Origin: Mobula birostris
Lineage: Eukaryota
Direction of reading: 5' to 3'
Assembly (NCBI RefSeq): GCF_030028105.1
Contig: NC_092390.1
Span: 20,198,427-20,262,426 of the forward strand
DNA: 64,000 nucleotides
Under the pieces are notes generated by a model, which was not told the DNA's origin, did not search any database, and saw only the letters and a program-made list of their open reading frames with translations. Positions 1 through 13,043 of this stretch are shown one piece after another. Both the position numbers and the translations under genes were made by a program. How positions within the stretch are numbered: the stretch's first letter is position 1; each line of letters opens with the position of its first letter.

Positions 1-400
1 CACCGATCCCGGCGGCTCCGCTGCTCCTGCCGCGATGGGTGTGTCCCGCCTCCGAGAAGCTTGCCTCAGTCCACCTCCCCGCTGCCAGCCCATCAGGGAC
101 AGCCCGGCATCAACTCGCCGCTGCAAAAGCTCGTCCCCCCGCGGATGCAACAGTCAGAATATGCCTGGCTGGGTGAATAATTAACCTCAAACAGCTTGCC
201 ACTCGCCATAACAAATCAGTTCATTTGCCATCCCATCCGTCACCCTAGTCACTCACTCCGCTACTGCCTCCAGAGCTGCAACAAACCGCAAGCCGTGCAA
301 CCTCCTCCTTCAAGGGCGGTAGACAGTGGTCAGGAAACGAGGAGGCAGGGAGAGGTCAGGTACGGGCGGCTGAGATCAACTGAATCCCTATCACAGTATT
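1..400. promoter_or_regulatory. CpG-rich segment, possible edge of a CpG island or first exon of a neighbouring gene
   Basis: Visibly high GC and CpG density against an otherwise CpG-depleted window; no TE motif or protein recognised. Confidence 0.45.
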
Positions 401-3400
401 CGAGATGCCAGAGAGGGATTTTAAAAAGGAAATCAGGAGGGAAATGAGACAGCTTTGGCAGAGAAGATTTAAGGAGAATCCATAGAGACATTTATATTAA
501 AAGGATTATATATTATATATTCTTTATATTACGCAGATATATATTATAGTTTATTAAGCAGAAAAGAGTAACTAGGGAAAGTATAAGTGCCCTTCAAAGA
601 CCAAACTGTACATTTTGTGTGGAGCTGCAGGACATAGGCCATATACTCAGAGAAAAATTGTCCTTTTTTTGTTTGCTCTGGAGAAAAACATGAAGACTTT
701 GAACCTTTAAATAAATAATGGAAGGTTTTGGCGACAGTACACATTATAGCAGAATAGGTGCTGGACTTCTCAAAACGCCCAGTTCAAATTACCCCTGTGG
801 CTGTTCCCCTCAATGTACCGGTTTGGATACTGTTGGGGAGGGGGAACAGCCTAGCTGGGGAAAGCTTGCAGTGACCAGGTCTCTGGCCTTGAGTCTGTCT
901 CCATGGCTTAGAATGGAAGGGGAAAGGAGAGGGGTACAGTGGTGATAGGGGATTCAAAAGTTAGATGTGCAGACAGAAGATTCTGCGGACACGAAAGTGT
1001 CGCCTAGATGGTATGTTGCCTCCTATGTGCCAGGGTCAGGGAAGCCTCTGTGGTTCATGGCATTCTAAAGGAGGAGTGTGAGCAGCCAGAAGTTGTGGTA
1101 CCAATGACATAGGAAAAGGGATGATGTCCTGAAGAGAGAATAGGTAGAAAGCTGAATAGCAGGACCTTAGGTGTAATAATCTCTGGATCGCTGCCTGTGC
1201 CATGCACCAGTGAGAGTAAAAATGGGATGATTTGACAGATGAATACTTGCAGGGAGCAGGATTTCAGATTTCCAGATTACTGGGATCTCTTTTCGGGAAA
1301 GTATAACCTGTACAAAAAGGACAGGTTCCACCTGAACTTGAGAGGCAGGCAGGTTTGCTAGAGCTGTTGTGGAGAGTTTAAACTAATTTGGCGGTGGGTT
1401 GGGAACCAGAGTGACAGGGCACAGGATGGGGCGGTTGATATACAAGTAGATGCAGTGTGTAATGAGAAAGTGAGAAATGATACGGCAAAACTGCAGTCAG
1501 TGGAATGGATTGAAGTGTGTCTTCAAGCTAAATAGTAAGGGGATGGATTCAACTGTTTGGAAAAGTGAGGATGTAGTATAAGGGAAGGAGTGTGCAGGAG
1601 AAGTTACGAAAGTTTTCAAAATAAAAAGATAAAAAGTTTGGAAAGGGATAAGAATTTAATTTCTGGTAACATAAGGGCAAAATGAAAAAGGGTGATGAAC
1701 ACAGCACGCAGTATACAGAATAAGGTCGATGATTTTGTAGCACAGTTAGAAATTGGCAGGTATGACATTGTGGCTGAAAGATCACGGTTGGAAACTTAAC
1801 ATCCAAGGATACACATTGTCACAAAAGGACAGGCGGGTAGGCAGAGGGGTCGGGTGGCTCTATTAGTTAAAAAATGAAATCAAATCCCTAGAGGTGACCT
1901 AGGATTAGAAGATATAAAATCCTTGTGGGTAGAGTTTGGAAACTACAAGGGTAAAAATACACTGATGGGAGTTACATACAAGCCTCTGAACAATAGGTAT
2001 AATGTTACAACGGAAGATAGAAAAGGCATGTAAAAAAGGCACTGTTACGATAGTCATGGGGGATTTCAATATGCAGGTAGATTAGTAAAATCAGGTTGGT
2101 GCTGGATCTTAAGGGAAGGAATTTGTAGAATCCAAGATAACTTTTTAGAGCAGCTTGTGTTTGAGCCCACTAGGGAAAAGGCAATTCTGGTTTGGGTGTT
2201 GTTTAATGAACCAGATTTGGTTAGGGAGCGCAAGATAAAGAAACCCTCAGGAGGCAGTGATCATAGTATAGAACTCACACCGTAGTTTGAGAGGGAAAAG
2301 CTTAAGTCAGATGTACTGGTATTACAGCGAGTAAAGGGATCTACAGAGACATGAAAGAGGAGCTGAGCAAAGTTGATTGGAAGGGGACTCTAGCAGGGAT
2401 AATGGCAGAACAGCAATGACTGAAGTTTCTGTGGGCAATTCGGAAGGTGCTGAATAGATTAATCCCAAGAAGAAGGATTCCAAAGGGTGAAGCAACCGTG
2501 GCTGACAAGGGAAGTCAACGACGGCATGAAAGCAAAAGAGAGGGCATATAATATAGCAAAAATTAGTGGGAAGCTAGAGGATTAGGAAGCTTTTAAAAAC
2601 CAACAGCTTTAAAAAAAAGAGAAAAGATGAAATATGAAGGTAAGCTAGCCAATAATATAAAAGAGGATACCAAAAGTTTTTCAAGGTATACAGTATAAAA
2701 AAATAAAAGAAAGGGTGGGAGTGGTTATTGGACCGCCAAAAAATAATGCTGGAGAGCTATTAATGGGGGACAAATAAATGGCAGACGAGCTCTATAAATA
2801 TTTTACATCAGTCTTCACTGTGGAAGACACAAGCTGTATATCAGAAATTCAAGTGTCGGGGGCAGAAGTGAGTGTAGTCACCATTACTAAGGAGAAGGTG
2901 CTTGGGAAGCTGAATGGCCTGCAGGTATATCGGTAAAGTCACCTGCACCAGATGGACTACACACCAGTGTTCTGAAAGAGGTAGCTGAAGAGATTGTGGA
3001 GGCATTAGTAGTCATCTTTCAAAAATCACTGGATTCTGGAATAGTTCTGGAGGTTTGGAAAATTGCAAATGTCACTCTACTTTTTAAGAAGGGAGGAAGG
3101 TGAATAACAGGTAAGATGTTGGAGACCATTATTAAGTATGAAGTTTAGGTGAACTTGGAGGCACATGGTAAAATAGGCTACTATCATTATGGTTTCCTTC
3201 AGTGGAAATCTTAGGTCAAAGTGGCAGATGGAATAGAGTGTATGGTCATGCACTTTAGTAGAAGGAATAAAGGCGTAGACTATTTTCTGAACTGGAAGCT
3301 AGTTCATAAATTAGAGGTGCAAACGACTTGGGGGTCTACGCGCAGGATTCCCTGAAGGTTAACTTGTAGGTTGAGTTGGTAGTAAGAGAGGCAAATGCAA

Positions 3401-3522
3401 TGTTAGCATTCATTTTGAGAGGGCTAGAATGTAAAAGCAAAGATGTAATGCTGAAACTTTATAAGGCATTGGTCAGACCACATTTGGAGTATCATGACTA
3501 GTTTTTGGTCCCATATCTAAGA

Positions 3523-6010
3523 AGACCATAAGACACAGGAGCAGAATTTGGCCATTCGAACCATCGAGTCTGCTCCACCATTTCAACGTGGCTGATCCAT
3601 TTCCTTCTCAACCCCATTCTCCTGCTTTCTCCCCATAACTTTTCACGCCCTGACTAATCAAGAATCTATCAACCTCCACCTTAAATGCACCCGCAGTTGC
3701 TTGTGGCAACAAATTCCACAGATTTACCACCCTCGGCTACATAAATTCCTCTTCATCTCCGTTCTAGATGGATGTCCCTCTATTTTGAGGCGGTGTCTTA
3801 GACTCCCTCACCAGAGAAACATCCTCCTCACATCCATTCTGCGTGGACCTTTCAATATTCGATAGGTTTCAATGAGTTTCCTCCTTATTTTTCTAACTTC
3901 CAACAAGTACAGGCCCAGAGCCTTCAATTGCCGCTCAAATGACAACTCTTTCATTCCTGGAATCATTCTCGTGAACCTCCTCTGAACCCTCTCCTCATAT
4001 CCTTTCTTAAATAAGGGACCCAAAATTGCTCACACTACGTGAAGCCTCATCAGTGTCTAATAAAGCCTCAGCATTACATCCTTGCCTTTATATTCAACTC
4101 CTCTTGAAATGAATTCTAATGTTGCATTCACCTTCCTCACCACCGATTCAACCTACAAATTGACCTTTAGGGAATCCTGCGCTAGGAATCCCAAATCCCT
4201 TTGCACCATAGATTTTTGAATTTTCTTCCCATTTAGAAAATAGTCTTTGCTTTCACTCTACCAGACACTTCCTGACACCGTATTCCATCTGCCACCTCTT
4301 TGCCCATTCTCCTAATCTGACTAAGTCCTTCTGCAGCCTCTCTGCTTCCTCAACACTACCTGCCCCTCTACCTGTGGGGGGGGGGGGTGGATTTCATTGA
4401 AACCTATTGAATATTAAAAGTCCTTGATAGAGTGGATATGGTGAGGATGTTTCCTGTGGTGGGGGAGTCTAAAACCAGGCGACACTGCCTCAGAATAGAA
4501 TGGAGATGAGGAGGAATTTCTTTAGCCCGAGAGTGGTGTATCTGTGGAATTCGTTGCCACAGGTACCTGTGTAGGCCAAGTCATTGGGTGTATTTAAGGC
4601 AGAGCTTGATAGATTCTTGATTATTCAGGGCATGAAGGGATACAGGGAGAAGGCTGGACATTGGGGCTGAGAGAGAAATGGATCAGACATGATGAAATGG
4701 TGGAGCAGACTCAATGGGCCAAATGGCCTAATTCTGCTCTTATATCTTATGGTCTTATGATTTATCTGTGTATTGTCTGCAAACTTAGCCACAAAGCCAT
4801 TAATTTCATCATCCGAATTACTGACATATAACGTACAAGGAAGTGGTCCCAAGACAGACCCCTGTGGAAAACCACTAGCCACTGGGAATCCAAAAAGGAT
4901 CCCTTTATTCCCACTCTTTGTCTTCTGCCAAACAGCCAATGCTCTATGCATGTTTATATGTTTACTGTAATACCCTGGGCTTTTGTCCTGATTAGCAGCC
5001 TCATGTGCAGCGCCTTGTCAAAGGCCTTCTGAAAATCCAAGGATCCACTGATTCTCCTTTGCCTATCCTGCTTGTTACTTCTTCAAATGATTCCAACAGA
5101 TTTATCAGGCAAGATCTTCCCTTAATGAAACCATGCTGATTTTGACCTATTTTATAATGTGCCTCCAAGTATCCCAAAATCATATCCTTAACAATGGATT
5201 CCAACATTTTCCCAACCACTGAGGTCAGGCTAACTGGCCTATAATTTCCAGTCTTCTGCCTCCCTCCTTTCTTGAAGAGTGGAGTAACATTTGCGATTTT
5301 CCATTCCTCCAGAACTCTGCCAGAATCTACTGATTCTTGAAAGATTAATACTAATGCCTCCACAATCTCTTCAGCTACCTCCTTTAGAACCCTGGTGTGT
5401 AGTCCATCAGGTTGCGGTGACTTACCTACCTTCAGATCTTTCAGTTTCCCAACAACTATTAATAGCAACTGCACTCACTTTTGTCCCTTAACACTCTTGA
5501 GCTTCTGGCATACTACTAGAGAAGACTGATGCAAAATATTTATTCTGTTCATCCAACATTTCCTTGGCCCCCGTTACTATCTCTCCAGCATCATTTTTCA
5601 GCGGTTCAATATCCACTCTTGCCTCTCTCTTATTCTTTTTATATTTGAAAAATACTTTTGGTATCATTTTTGATACTCCAGGCTAGCTTACCTTCATGTT
5701 TCATCTCCCCCCCCCCACTTATGGTTTTTTTCAGTTGCCTTCTATTAGTTTTAAAAAATTTCCTCTAGCTTTCCACTCTATTAAATGCCCTGCCTTTTGC
5801 TTTTATGTTGGCTTTGACTTACCTTGTGCCATCCTGCCTTTAGAATACTCCCTCTTCTTTGGGATGTATCTATCCAGCCATTGCTGCTCTGTCGTCATCC
5901 CTGCTAGTGTCTCCTTCCAATCAACTTTGGCGGGCTCCTTTCTGTAACTCCAGTGTAATACTGATACATCTGACTATAGCTTCTTCCCCTCAAATTGCAC
6001 GGTGAATTCT
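3523..6010 (-). mobile_element. CR1 LINE ORF2 3' part, nested antisense in the previous CR1
   Basis: ORFs 5001-5474 (KSPQPDGLH...NYRPVSLTSVVGK...QHGF), 4625-4951 (PQGSVLGP, FADN) and 3808-4023; CR1 tail at ~3523. Confidence 0.9.
4376..4760 (+). mobile_element. CR1 3' end nested inside the antisense CR1 (third nesting level)
   Basis: LIETY..LK.LDRVD...RRNFFS.RVV.LWNSLP followed by the CR1 3'UTR tail attctgctcttatatcttatggtcttatg. Confidence 0.85.
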
Positions 6011-6399
6011 GTTTTAGATTATGATCGGAAAGGATGTGCTGATATGGGAGAGGATCCAGAGGAAGGATCCTGGGAATGAAAAGGTTGACATGTGAGGAGC
6101 ATTTAATTGTTCTGGGTCTGTACTCACGGGAGTTTAGATGGCGTGGACGTGGAGAGGATGTTTCAAATAATGGGAGGACACAAGCCTCAAAATAGGATGT
6201 CTGTGTGGAACAGAGATGAGGAGGAATTTCTTTAGCCAGAGGATGATGTGTCTGTGGAATTCATTGCCATAGATGGCTGTGGAGGCCAAGAATCAGCTAG
6301 GATGGAATGGTGGAGCAGTCTTGACGAGCCAAATAGTTTAATTCTGCTACAACCTTCTAGGGAATATAAACAATAACACCATGTGGCTTTATAATTTAT

Positions 6400-6755
6400 A
6401 CTCCCTATGATTGAGGTGTTACCTGATTAAAGTATATAAGATCATGAGGGATATAGTCTTTTCCTAAGGGAGGGTGTGCTAAAAGCAAGAGGTTTAAGAT
6501 CAGAGCTGAGAGATTTGAAGTGGGCATCAAGGGCAGCATCTTCACTCAAGAGGTGATGTGTATTTGAAATGAGTTGCTAGAAATGCTGGTTGAGGTGGGC
6601 ACATTAGTAGCATTTAAATGCCATCTAGATATGTACATGGATAGGAGCGGTTTAGGGGGCTATGGTCCAAACGTGAGACCATAGATGGAACTAGCTCTCC
6701 AGTTGCCATGGACGTCTTGGGCAAAGGGCCAGTTTCCATGCTATATGACTCTGTG
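6400..6755 (+). mobile_element. CR1 3' fragment
   Basis: DLIKVYKIMRG...FTQEV..IWNEL remnants; tail gggccagtttccatgctatatgactctgtg. Confidence 0.7.
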
Positions 6756-6774
6756 AGTCAAAAACAAAATGTTT

Positions 6775-7077
6775 CATTTTGTTTTTTTTTGGCATGTGCA
6801 TCTGCGTGCGTCCGTGTGCAATGTTGGTGGGACAATGTCTTTTTCATGCCTTTACAAGGCGCGAAGCGAGAGAGAGAGAGACTGTGTGGTGCACCACTCC
6901 TCACACAGACAATTCGCAGTATTTTTCCCTTTTATTTTACGAGGTCGAGTTGCAATCTCGACACTCAACCTGGCATGGATAGAAAGTGTACTCGGGAGTG
7001 GCTGCGACTGGGTTCGAACCCGGGAACCTCCATTCCAGAGTCCGGCACTGATGTCATTGTGCCACCAGCCAGCCCAC
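6775..7077 (-). mobile_element. tRNA-derived SINE with poly(A) tail and 14-bp TSD
   Basis: Minus head with A-box-like tggcacaatg and B box ggttcgaaccc; A-tail; TSD aaaacaaaatgttt at 6761-6774 and 7078-7091. Confidence 0.85.
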
Positions 7078-7400
7078 AAAACAAAATGTTTTTAACACCT
7101 TGAGGACCAGGTGAATGGGGATGGGTTATTGGTAGATTCAAGGCAATGTAAACACTCCATTTTAAAGAATACTCTTGGCTACTTTGTTAAATCAGTTCTG
7201 GAACTAGGGAAAAACAATAGTAGGAGCCAATCAAATTTTCAACTTCTGCATTTGCCCTGACAGTCCTTATTTAATGTGAACCTGTACGTGCTCCCACCAG
7301 CTGTACATTCTGGAAAATTGTCATTCATTTAAAGCAAATAAAATAACTGTGTTTTGTGCTTCTAGTGATCAATACAAAATCGTGTTTGCAAAATCACTCA

Positions 7401-7406
7401 TTTATT
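7401..7406 (-). terminator. Candidate TSPAN15 polyadenylation signal (AATAAA)
   Basis: Minus strand ...tgtacaattaatttttgaaaaagAATAAAtgagtgattttgcaaacacgattttgtattg: upstream TGTA and a downstream U/GU-rich element in non-repetitive AT-rich sequence. Confidence 0.4.
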
Positions 7407-7867
7407 CTTTTTCAAAAATTAATTGTACACATATTAATTTGAAGCCAAAAATAAAAATCACAGACTCCCTGTCAGAGCCTTCACAGCATTATGTGTATTA
7501 CGGCCTAACATCCAGAACTGCAGGATAGAGGTTGGTTGTAACGGGAGGAATGGGCATAATTTGGCCGTCTTTGTAAACATAAGTCTGATGGATACCAAGG
7601 ATAGCCCATATCTACAGTTCATTCCTGGCCAAAATTTAATGAAGCCATTTCTTCCTCATGTTGTATTAATTTCTGAAATGTTTAGTATCACCTTGTGGTG
7701 GAACGGAGGGGCGGGGTGAACCAAGCTACTGAAGAGGTAAGATTGAGGGACAGCAAACACCAAGTCACAGGATGATAGGGAAATATGCTGGTTCTAACAT
7801 CAAATTATGAGTAAATCTCAATGCTGGCTTTGAACGCCCAATGCAATACAGTGCATCATAGCAATAT

Positions 7868-8175
7868 TGTTGGCGTGTGGCCAAGTAGTTAAGACATTCG
7901 TCTAGTGATTTGAAGGTCGCTAGTTTGAGCCTTGGCTGAGGCAGTGTGTTTGTCCTTGAGCAAGGCACTTAATCACACATTGCTCTGCGACGACACCAGT
8001 GCCAAGCTGTATGGGTCCTAATGCCCTTCCCTTGGACAACATTGGTGGCGTGGAGAGGGGAGACTTGCAGCATGGGCCACTGCTGGTCTTTCATATAACC
8101 TTGCCCAGGCCTGCGCCATGGAAACCTCCCAAGGTGCAAATCCATGGTGTCATGAGACTAACGGATGCCTATAGC
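7868..8175 (+). mobile_element. tRNA-derived SINE
   Basis: Head ggcgtgtggccaagtagttaag...agtttgagcc followed by the common SINE core tgtccttgagcaaggcactt. Confidence 0.75.
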
Positions 8176-8194
8176 AATAAGAGCAAGATTTCGT

Positions 8195-9650
8195 AAAAAA
8201 AAGGATTTGGCCTCTTTACTGGGAGCTCCTCTTCCCTTTTTGTTTTCTAAGATTAGTAGACAAGACTCTAATCCTATTATTAACATACTTTAAGAATTTG
8301 GTTTCAGTTTCGTAGATTATTTCAGTTGAATAATTTTGTTCTTTCTAGTAATATCCATTTAAATTTTTTTAAACCATCAATTTTGGATAAGACCTTTTTA
8401 ATTTGGAAAACCAAGGCAATAACAACATTTTCAGATTTGTTTTTACATGACTGTTTAATGTCTTTTTCTCAGTTAGTGGATAAATATGGTTTACCTAATG
8501 TACATTTCTTTAGATATTTACAAATTAGGAATTTTTTATGTGATTTGCTGCCCAATTACCCTTCTGCTTATCCACCTGATATGACGGATGCTCTCTTTCA
8601 GCTTAAACCACTTCAAAAAGGGCTGATAGCTATAATTTATAAATGGATATTGAATTTACAAGTGATATCTAACGATAAAATTAAATGTGCTTGGGAATTG
8701 GAAGTTCAAGAGTCATTTTCAGATAATCAATGGAGCAATATTCTTCATTTGGTTAATAACTCATCTATTTGTGCCTGTCATTCCTTGATACAGTCCAAGG
8801 TAGTGCATCGGGCCCATATGTCAAAGGATAAACTAGCAGGTATTTTTTCCAACATCAATCCCATTTGTGACAGATGTGATAGTGAGGTGGCCACTTTAAC
8901 TCATACGTTTTGGTCTTGTATAAAGCTAGACAATTTTTGTAGAGATGTTTTTAAAGCATTATCAGAAGTCTTGGATCTGGACCTACAACCTAAATTACTT
9001 ATGGCAATATTTGGGATTACCCCATCGAAACCAGGAAATATTCCTGTTTCTGCTCAACGTATGATAGCCTTTTCAACTTTATTGGCTAGGAGAGCCATCT
9101 TACTGAAGTGGAAGGATTCTAATCCACCTACTGTCTTTTATTGGTTTTCTTCCATTATGTCCTGTTTAAGTTTAGAGAAAATAAGAAGTCAGACATTTGA
9201 TACATCCTTTAAATTTGAGCAAATCTGGTGACCTTTTATTCAATATTTTCATTTGATTTGATTTATTACTCTTCCAATTTTTTTTCGAAGTTTTAGGTTT
9301 GACCAGAAGGTCTTTCTTTTTTTTTTTGGTTGTATCCTCAGGATGGACTGCCCAGTCCCCTTTTTTTACTTTTTTTTGTATAGTGTAGTGGTTTTTTTTC
9401 TTCATTTAAAATTCAAAGTTTTTTCTTTCCTCTTCATGAACTGATAAGAGGAGAATCACTGTTTTCTTTTTTATTATATATTATATACTAGCTTAACACT
9501 ATGTATGAGTTTGATAATATCTATTTCAATCTCTGTATTGTTATTCATACAGTATATATATATATTTGAGATGATTCTCCTCTTGTTTGTATTTATGTTC
9601 CTTTTAAATCAATAAAAAGATTAATAAAGAAAGAAAGAAATAAAGGAAGG
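8195..9650 (+). mobile_element. 5'-truncated L1 (ORF2 C-terminus, 3'UTR, tail), antisense to TSPAN15
   Basis: ORF 8326-9231 with fish-L1 motif FFRYLQIR and zinc knuckle CDRC...THTFWSC; AATAAA at 9611 and an (A/G)-rich tail. Confidence 0.9.
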
Positions 9651-9861
9651 TATCAATTAAGACAGCAAAAATGCTGATATACCCTAAGATGTTAACATTT
9701 GAATGACGTCTTAACAATTTTAGTTGTGAATGTACCATCTCTGAAAATTATTCTTCATCTTCCCTGGGCTCAATTACTATTAAATACGCTGCAAGGTTTG
9801 AAAATTGATTTTCTTTACATCCCTGAGCTATATGACAGTTTTTGGGAACTTGATGCTGCAG

Positions 9862-9900
9862 TCTCTCCCTCTCCCTCTCCCTCTCCCTCTGTCTCTCTCA
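9862..9900. repeat. (CTCTCC)n microsatellite just downstream of the TSPAN15 stop codon
   Basis: Seen directly: tctctccctctccctctccctctccctctgtctctctc. Confidence 0.9.
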
Positions 9901-9931
9901 GGTTTAAGATTATCAGAACCCTTGAAAAGTT

Positions 9932-10177
<246 letters not shown>

Positions 10178-10402
10178 TTACACCTTATTCTGCCCCCGCT
10201 CATGAGTTTTTCCTGCTTTCTTGAACTAGACAGAGATATCTCCGGTCCCAGCGTAGCTATAGCTGAAGATGGTTTTATTATTCACCAGTGTGTTACGGTA
10301 TGCAAGGAGCCGGTGTAAAAATACCATACGTCTCGGCGTTCTTACAAGAGGCAGATTCAAAAATTGATTGAAATTCCTACAACTTCTAACAGGTGCTTCC
10401 AT

Positions 10403-10612
10403 CTGAGAAGCAGGACCTTTTGGGTAGTAATTTCTGGATTCCTGCCTGTGCCATGCGCCAGTGAGGGTAGAAGCAGGATGATTTGGCAGATAAATGCGTG
10501 GCTGAGATGCTGGACCTTTCGGGTAGTAATTTCTGGATTCCTGCCTGTGCCATGCGCCAGTGAGGGTAGAAGCAGGATGATTTGGCAGATAAATGCGTGG
10601 CTGAGAAGCTGG
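10403..10612 (+). repeat. 99-bp tandem duplication at the 5' truncation point of the CR1
   Basis: Two near-identical units; a 33-aa repeat is visible in ORFs 10226-10696 and 10364-10660. Confidence 0.95.
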
Positions 10613-12947
10613 TGCAGGGGGCAGGGCTTCAGGTTCTTGGATCATTGGGATCTCTTCTGAAGGAGGTATGACCTGTTCAAAAGTGATGGGTTGCACCTGA
10701 ACCCGAGGGGGACCAATATTCTTGCGGGCAGGTTTGTTAGAGCTGCTGGGGAGTGTTTAAACTAATTTGGCGGGGTGGGGTGGGAACCAGGGTGAAGGGG
10801 CTCAAGATAGGCCAGATGGTAAAAAAGTAAAGATAGCATGCAGTCAGACTATCAGGAAGGGCAGGCAGGTGATTGGACTTAGTTGCAGCCAACAGGCTGA
10901 GTATCAAAACATTAGGGATGCAGAATCAGAAAGGATAGCAAATACAGTACTCAAGGTGTTGTATCTAAATGTGCATAGCATAAGAAATAAGGTGGATGAT
11001 CTTGTTGCACTGCACTATTACAGATTGCCAGGTATGATGTTGTAGCCACCACTGAATCGTGGCTGAAGGATGGTTGTAGTTGGGAGCTGAATGTCCAAGG
11101 TTGCACGTTATATTGGAGGGATAGGAAGGTAGACAGAGGGGGTGGTGTGGCTCTACTGGTAAAGAATGGCATCAAATCAGTAGAAAGATGTGATGTATGA
11201 TTGTAAGATGTTGAATCCTTGTGGGTTGAGTTAAGAAACTGCAAGTGTAAAAGGACATTGATGGCAGTTATATACAGGCCTCCCATCAGTAGCTGGGATG
11301 TGGACCACAGATTACAACAGGAAATAGAAAAGGCAAGTCAAAAGGGCAATGTTGTGGTAGTCATGGGAGATTTTAACATGCAGGTCAATTGGGAGAATCA
11401 GGTTGGTAATGGATCTCAAGAGAGTGAGTTTGTTGAATGCCTAAGAGATGGCTTTTTAGAGCAGTTTGTCATTGAGCCTAATAGGGGATCAGCTATACTG
11501 GATTGGTTGTTATATAATTGGGTGAAATGGAGGTGATTAAGGAGCTCAAGGCAAAAGAACCCTTAGGAACCAGTGACCACAATATGATTGAGTTCAACTT
11601 GAAATTTGATAGGGAGAAAGTAGAGTCTGATGTAGCAGTATTTCATTGGAGTAAGGGAAATTATAGTGGTATGAAAGAGGAGTTGGCCAAAGTAAATTGG
11701 AAGGAGCTGCTGGCAGGGATGTCAGCCGAGCAGCAATGGTGTGCATTTTGGGAAAAATGAGGAAGGTGCAGCACATATGTATTCCAAAAACGAAGAAATA
11801 CTCAAATAGCTGACAAGGGATGTCAAAGCTATTGTAAAAGCAAAAGAAAGGGCATACAACAAAGCAAAAATTAGTGGGAAGATAGAGGATTGGGAAGTTT
11901 TTAAAAACCTACAGAGAGCAACTAAAAAAAAATCATTAGAAGGGAAAAGATGAAATATGAAAGCAAGCTGGCAAATATCACCAAAGGAAATAGTAAAAGT
12001 TCTTTCAAGTATGTTAAAAATAAAAGAGAAATGAGAGTGGATATAGGACTGCTAGAAAATAAGGCAGGAGAAATAATAACAGGGGACAAGGAGATGGGTG
12101 ATGAACTAAATGACTATTTTGCATCAGTCTTCACTGTGGAAGACACTAGTAGTGTCTGCAGGAAGAGAAGTGGATGCAGTTACTATTACAAGAGAGGAGG
12201 TGCACTGCACCCTAGGGTTCTGAAAGAGGTAGCGTTAGAGATTGTGGTGGCATTAGAAACGATCTTTCAAAAATCATTGTCCTCTGGCATGGTTTCTAAC
12301 TGGAAAATTACAAACGTCACTCCACTCTTTAAAAAGGAGGAAGGCAGCAGAAAGGAAATTATAGACCAGTTAGCCTGACCTCAGTGGTTGGGAAGATGTT
12401 GGAGTCAATTGTTAAGGATGAGGTGATGGAGTACTTGGTGACACAGGACAAGATAGTACAAATTCAGCATGGTTTCCTTCAGGGAAAACCCTGCCTGACG
12501 AACCTGTTGGAATTCTTTGAGGAGATTACAAGTAGGATGGATAAAGGGGATGCAGTGGACATTGTATATTTGGGCTTTCAGAAGGCCTTCGACAAGGTGC
12601 CGCACATGAGGCCACTTACCAAGTTAAGAGCCCATGGTATTACAGGAAAGTTACTAACATGGTTAGAGCATTGGCTGATAGGTAGAAGGCAGCGAGTGGG
12701 AATAAAAGGATCCTTTTCTGGTTGGCTGTCAGTGACCAGTGGTGTTCCGCAGGGGTCGGTGTTGGGACCACTTCTTTTTATGCTGTATATAAATGATTTA
12801 GATGATGGAATAGATGGCTTTGTTGCTAAATTTACAGATGATACAAAGATTGGTGGAGGGGCAGGTAGTGTTGAGGAAACAGGTAGGATGCAGAAGGATT
12901 TTGTCAGATTAGGAGAATGGGCAAGAAAGTGGCAAATGATATACAAT

Positions 12948-13043
12948 AGAACCATAGAACCATAGAAACTACAGCACAGAAACAGGCCTTTTGGCCCTTC
13001 TTGGCTGTGCCGAACCATTTTCTGCCTAGTCCCACTGACCTTC
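12948..13043 (-). mobile_element. Short CR1 3' tail inserted into the CR1 RT region
   Basis: agaaccatagaaccatagaaactacagcacag is the reverse-complemented CR1 tail; acaat is repeated on both flanks. Confidence 0.75.

Larger units (their letters stand above)
780..6350 (+). mobile_element. Decayed CR1 LINE (SGNH-esterase ORF1 plus APE/RT ORF2), split by a nested insertion at ~3523-6010
   Basis: VVIGDS (~940), GTND and DxxHL esterase blocks; APE motif VMGDFN; PDGLH; LYKALVRPHLEY. Sequence breaks at ccatatctaagaa (3522) and resumes aggatgtgctg at ~6030. Confidence 0.85.

Noticed and set aside
6990-7077. tRNA gene (also at ~7870 and ~33980)
   Set aside because: A/B boxes belong to SINE heads followed by SINE bodies and tails; no complete cloverleaf seen.
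8326-9231. 301-aa ORF as a host gene
   Set aside because: It is the C-terminus of L1 ORF2, followed by the L1 3'UTR and tail.
10226-10696. 156-aa protein with an internal 33-aa repeat
   Set aside because: Antisense reading of the duplicated CR1 ORF1 segment.
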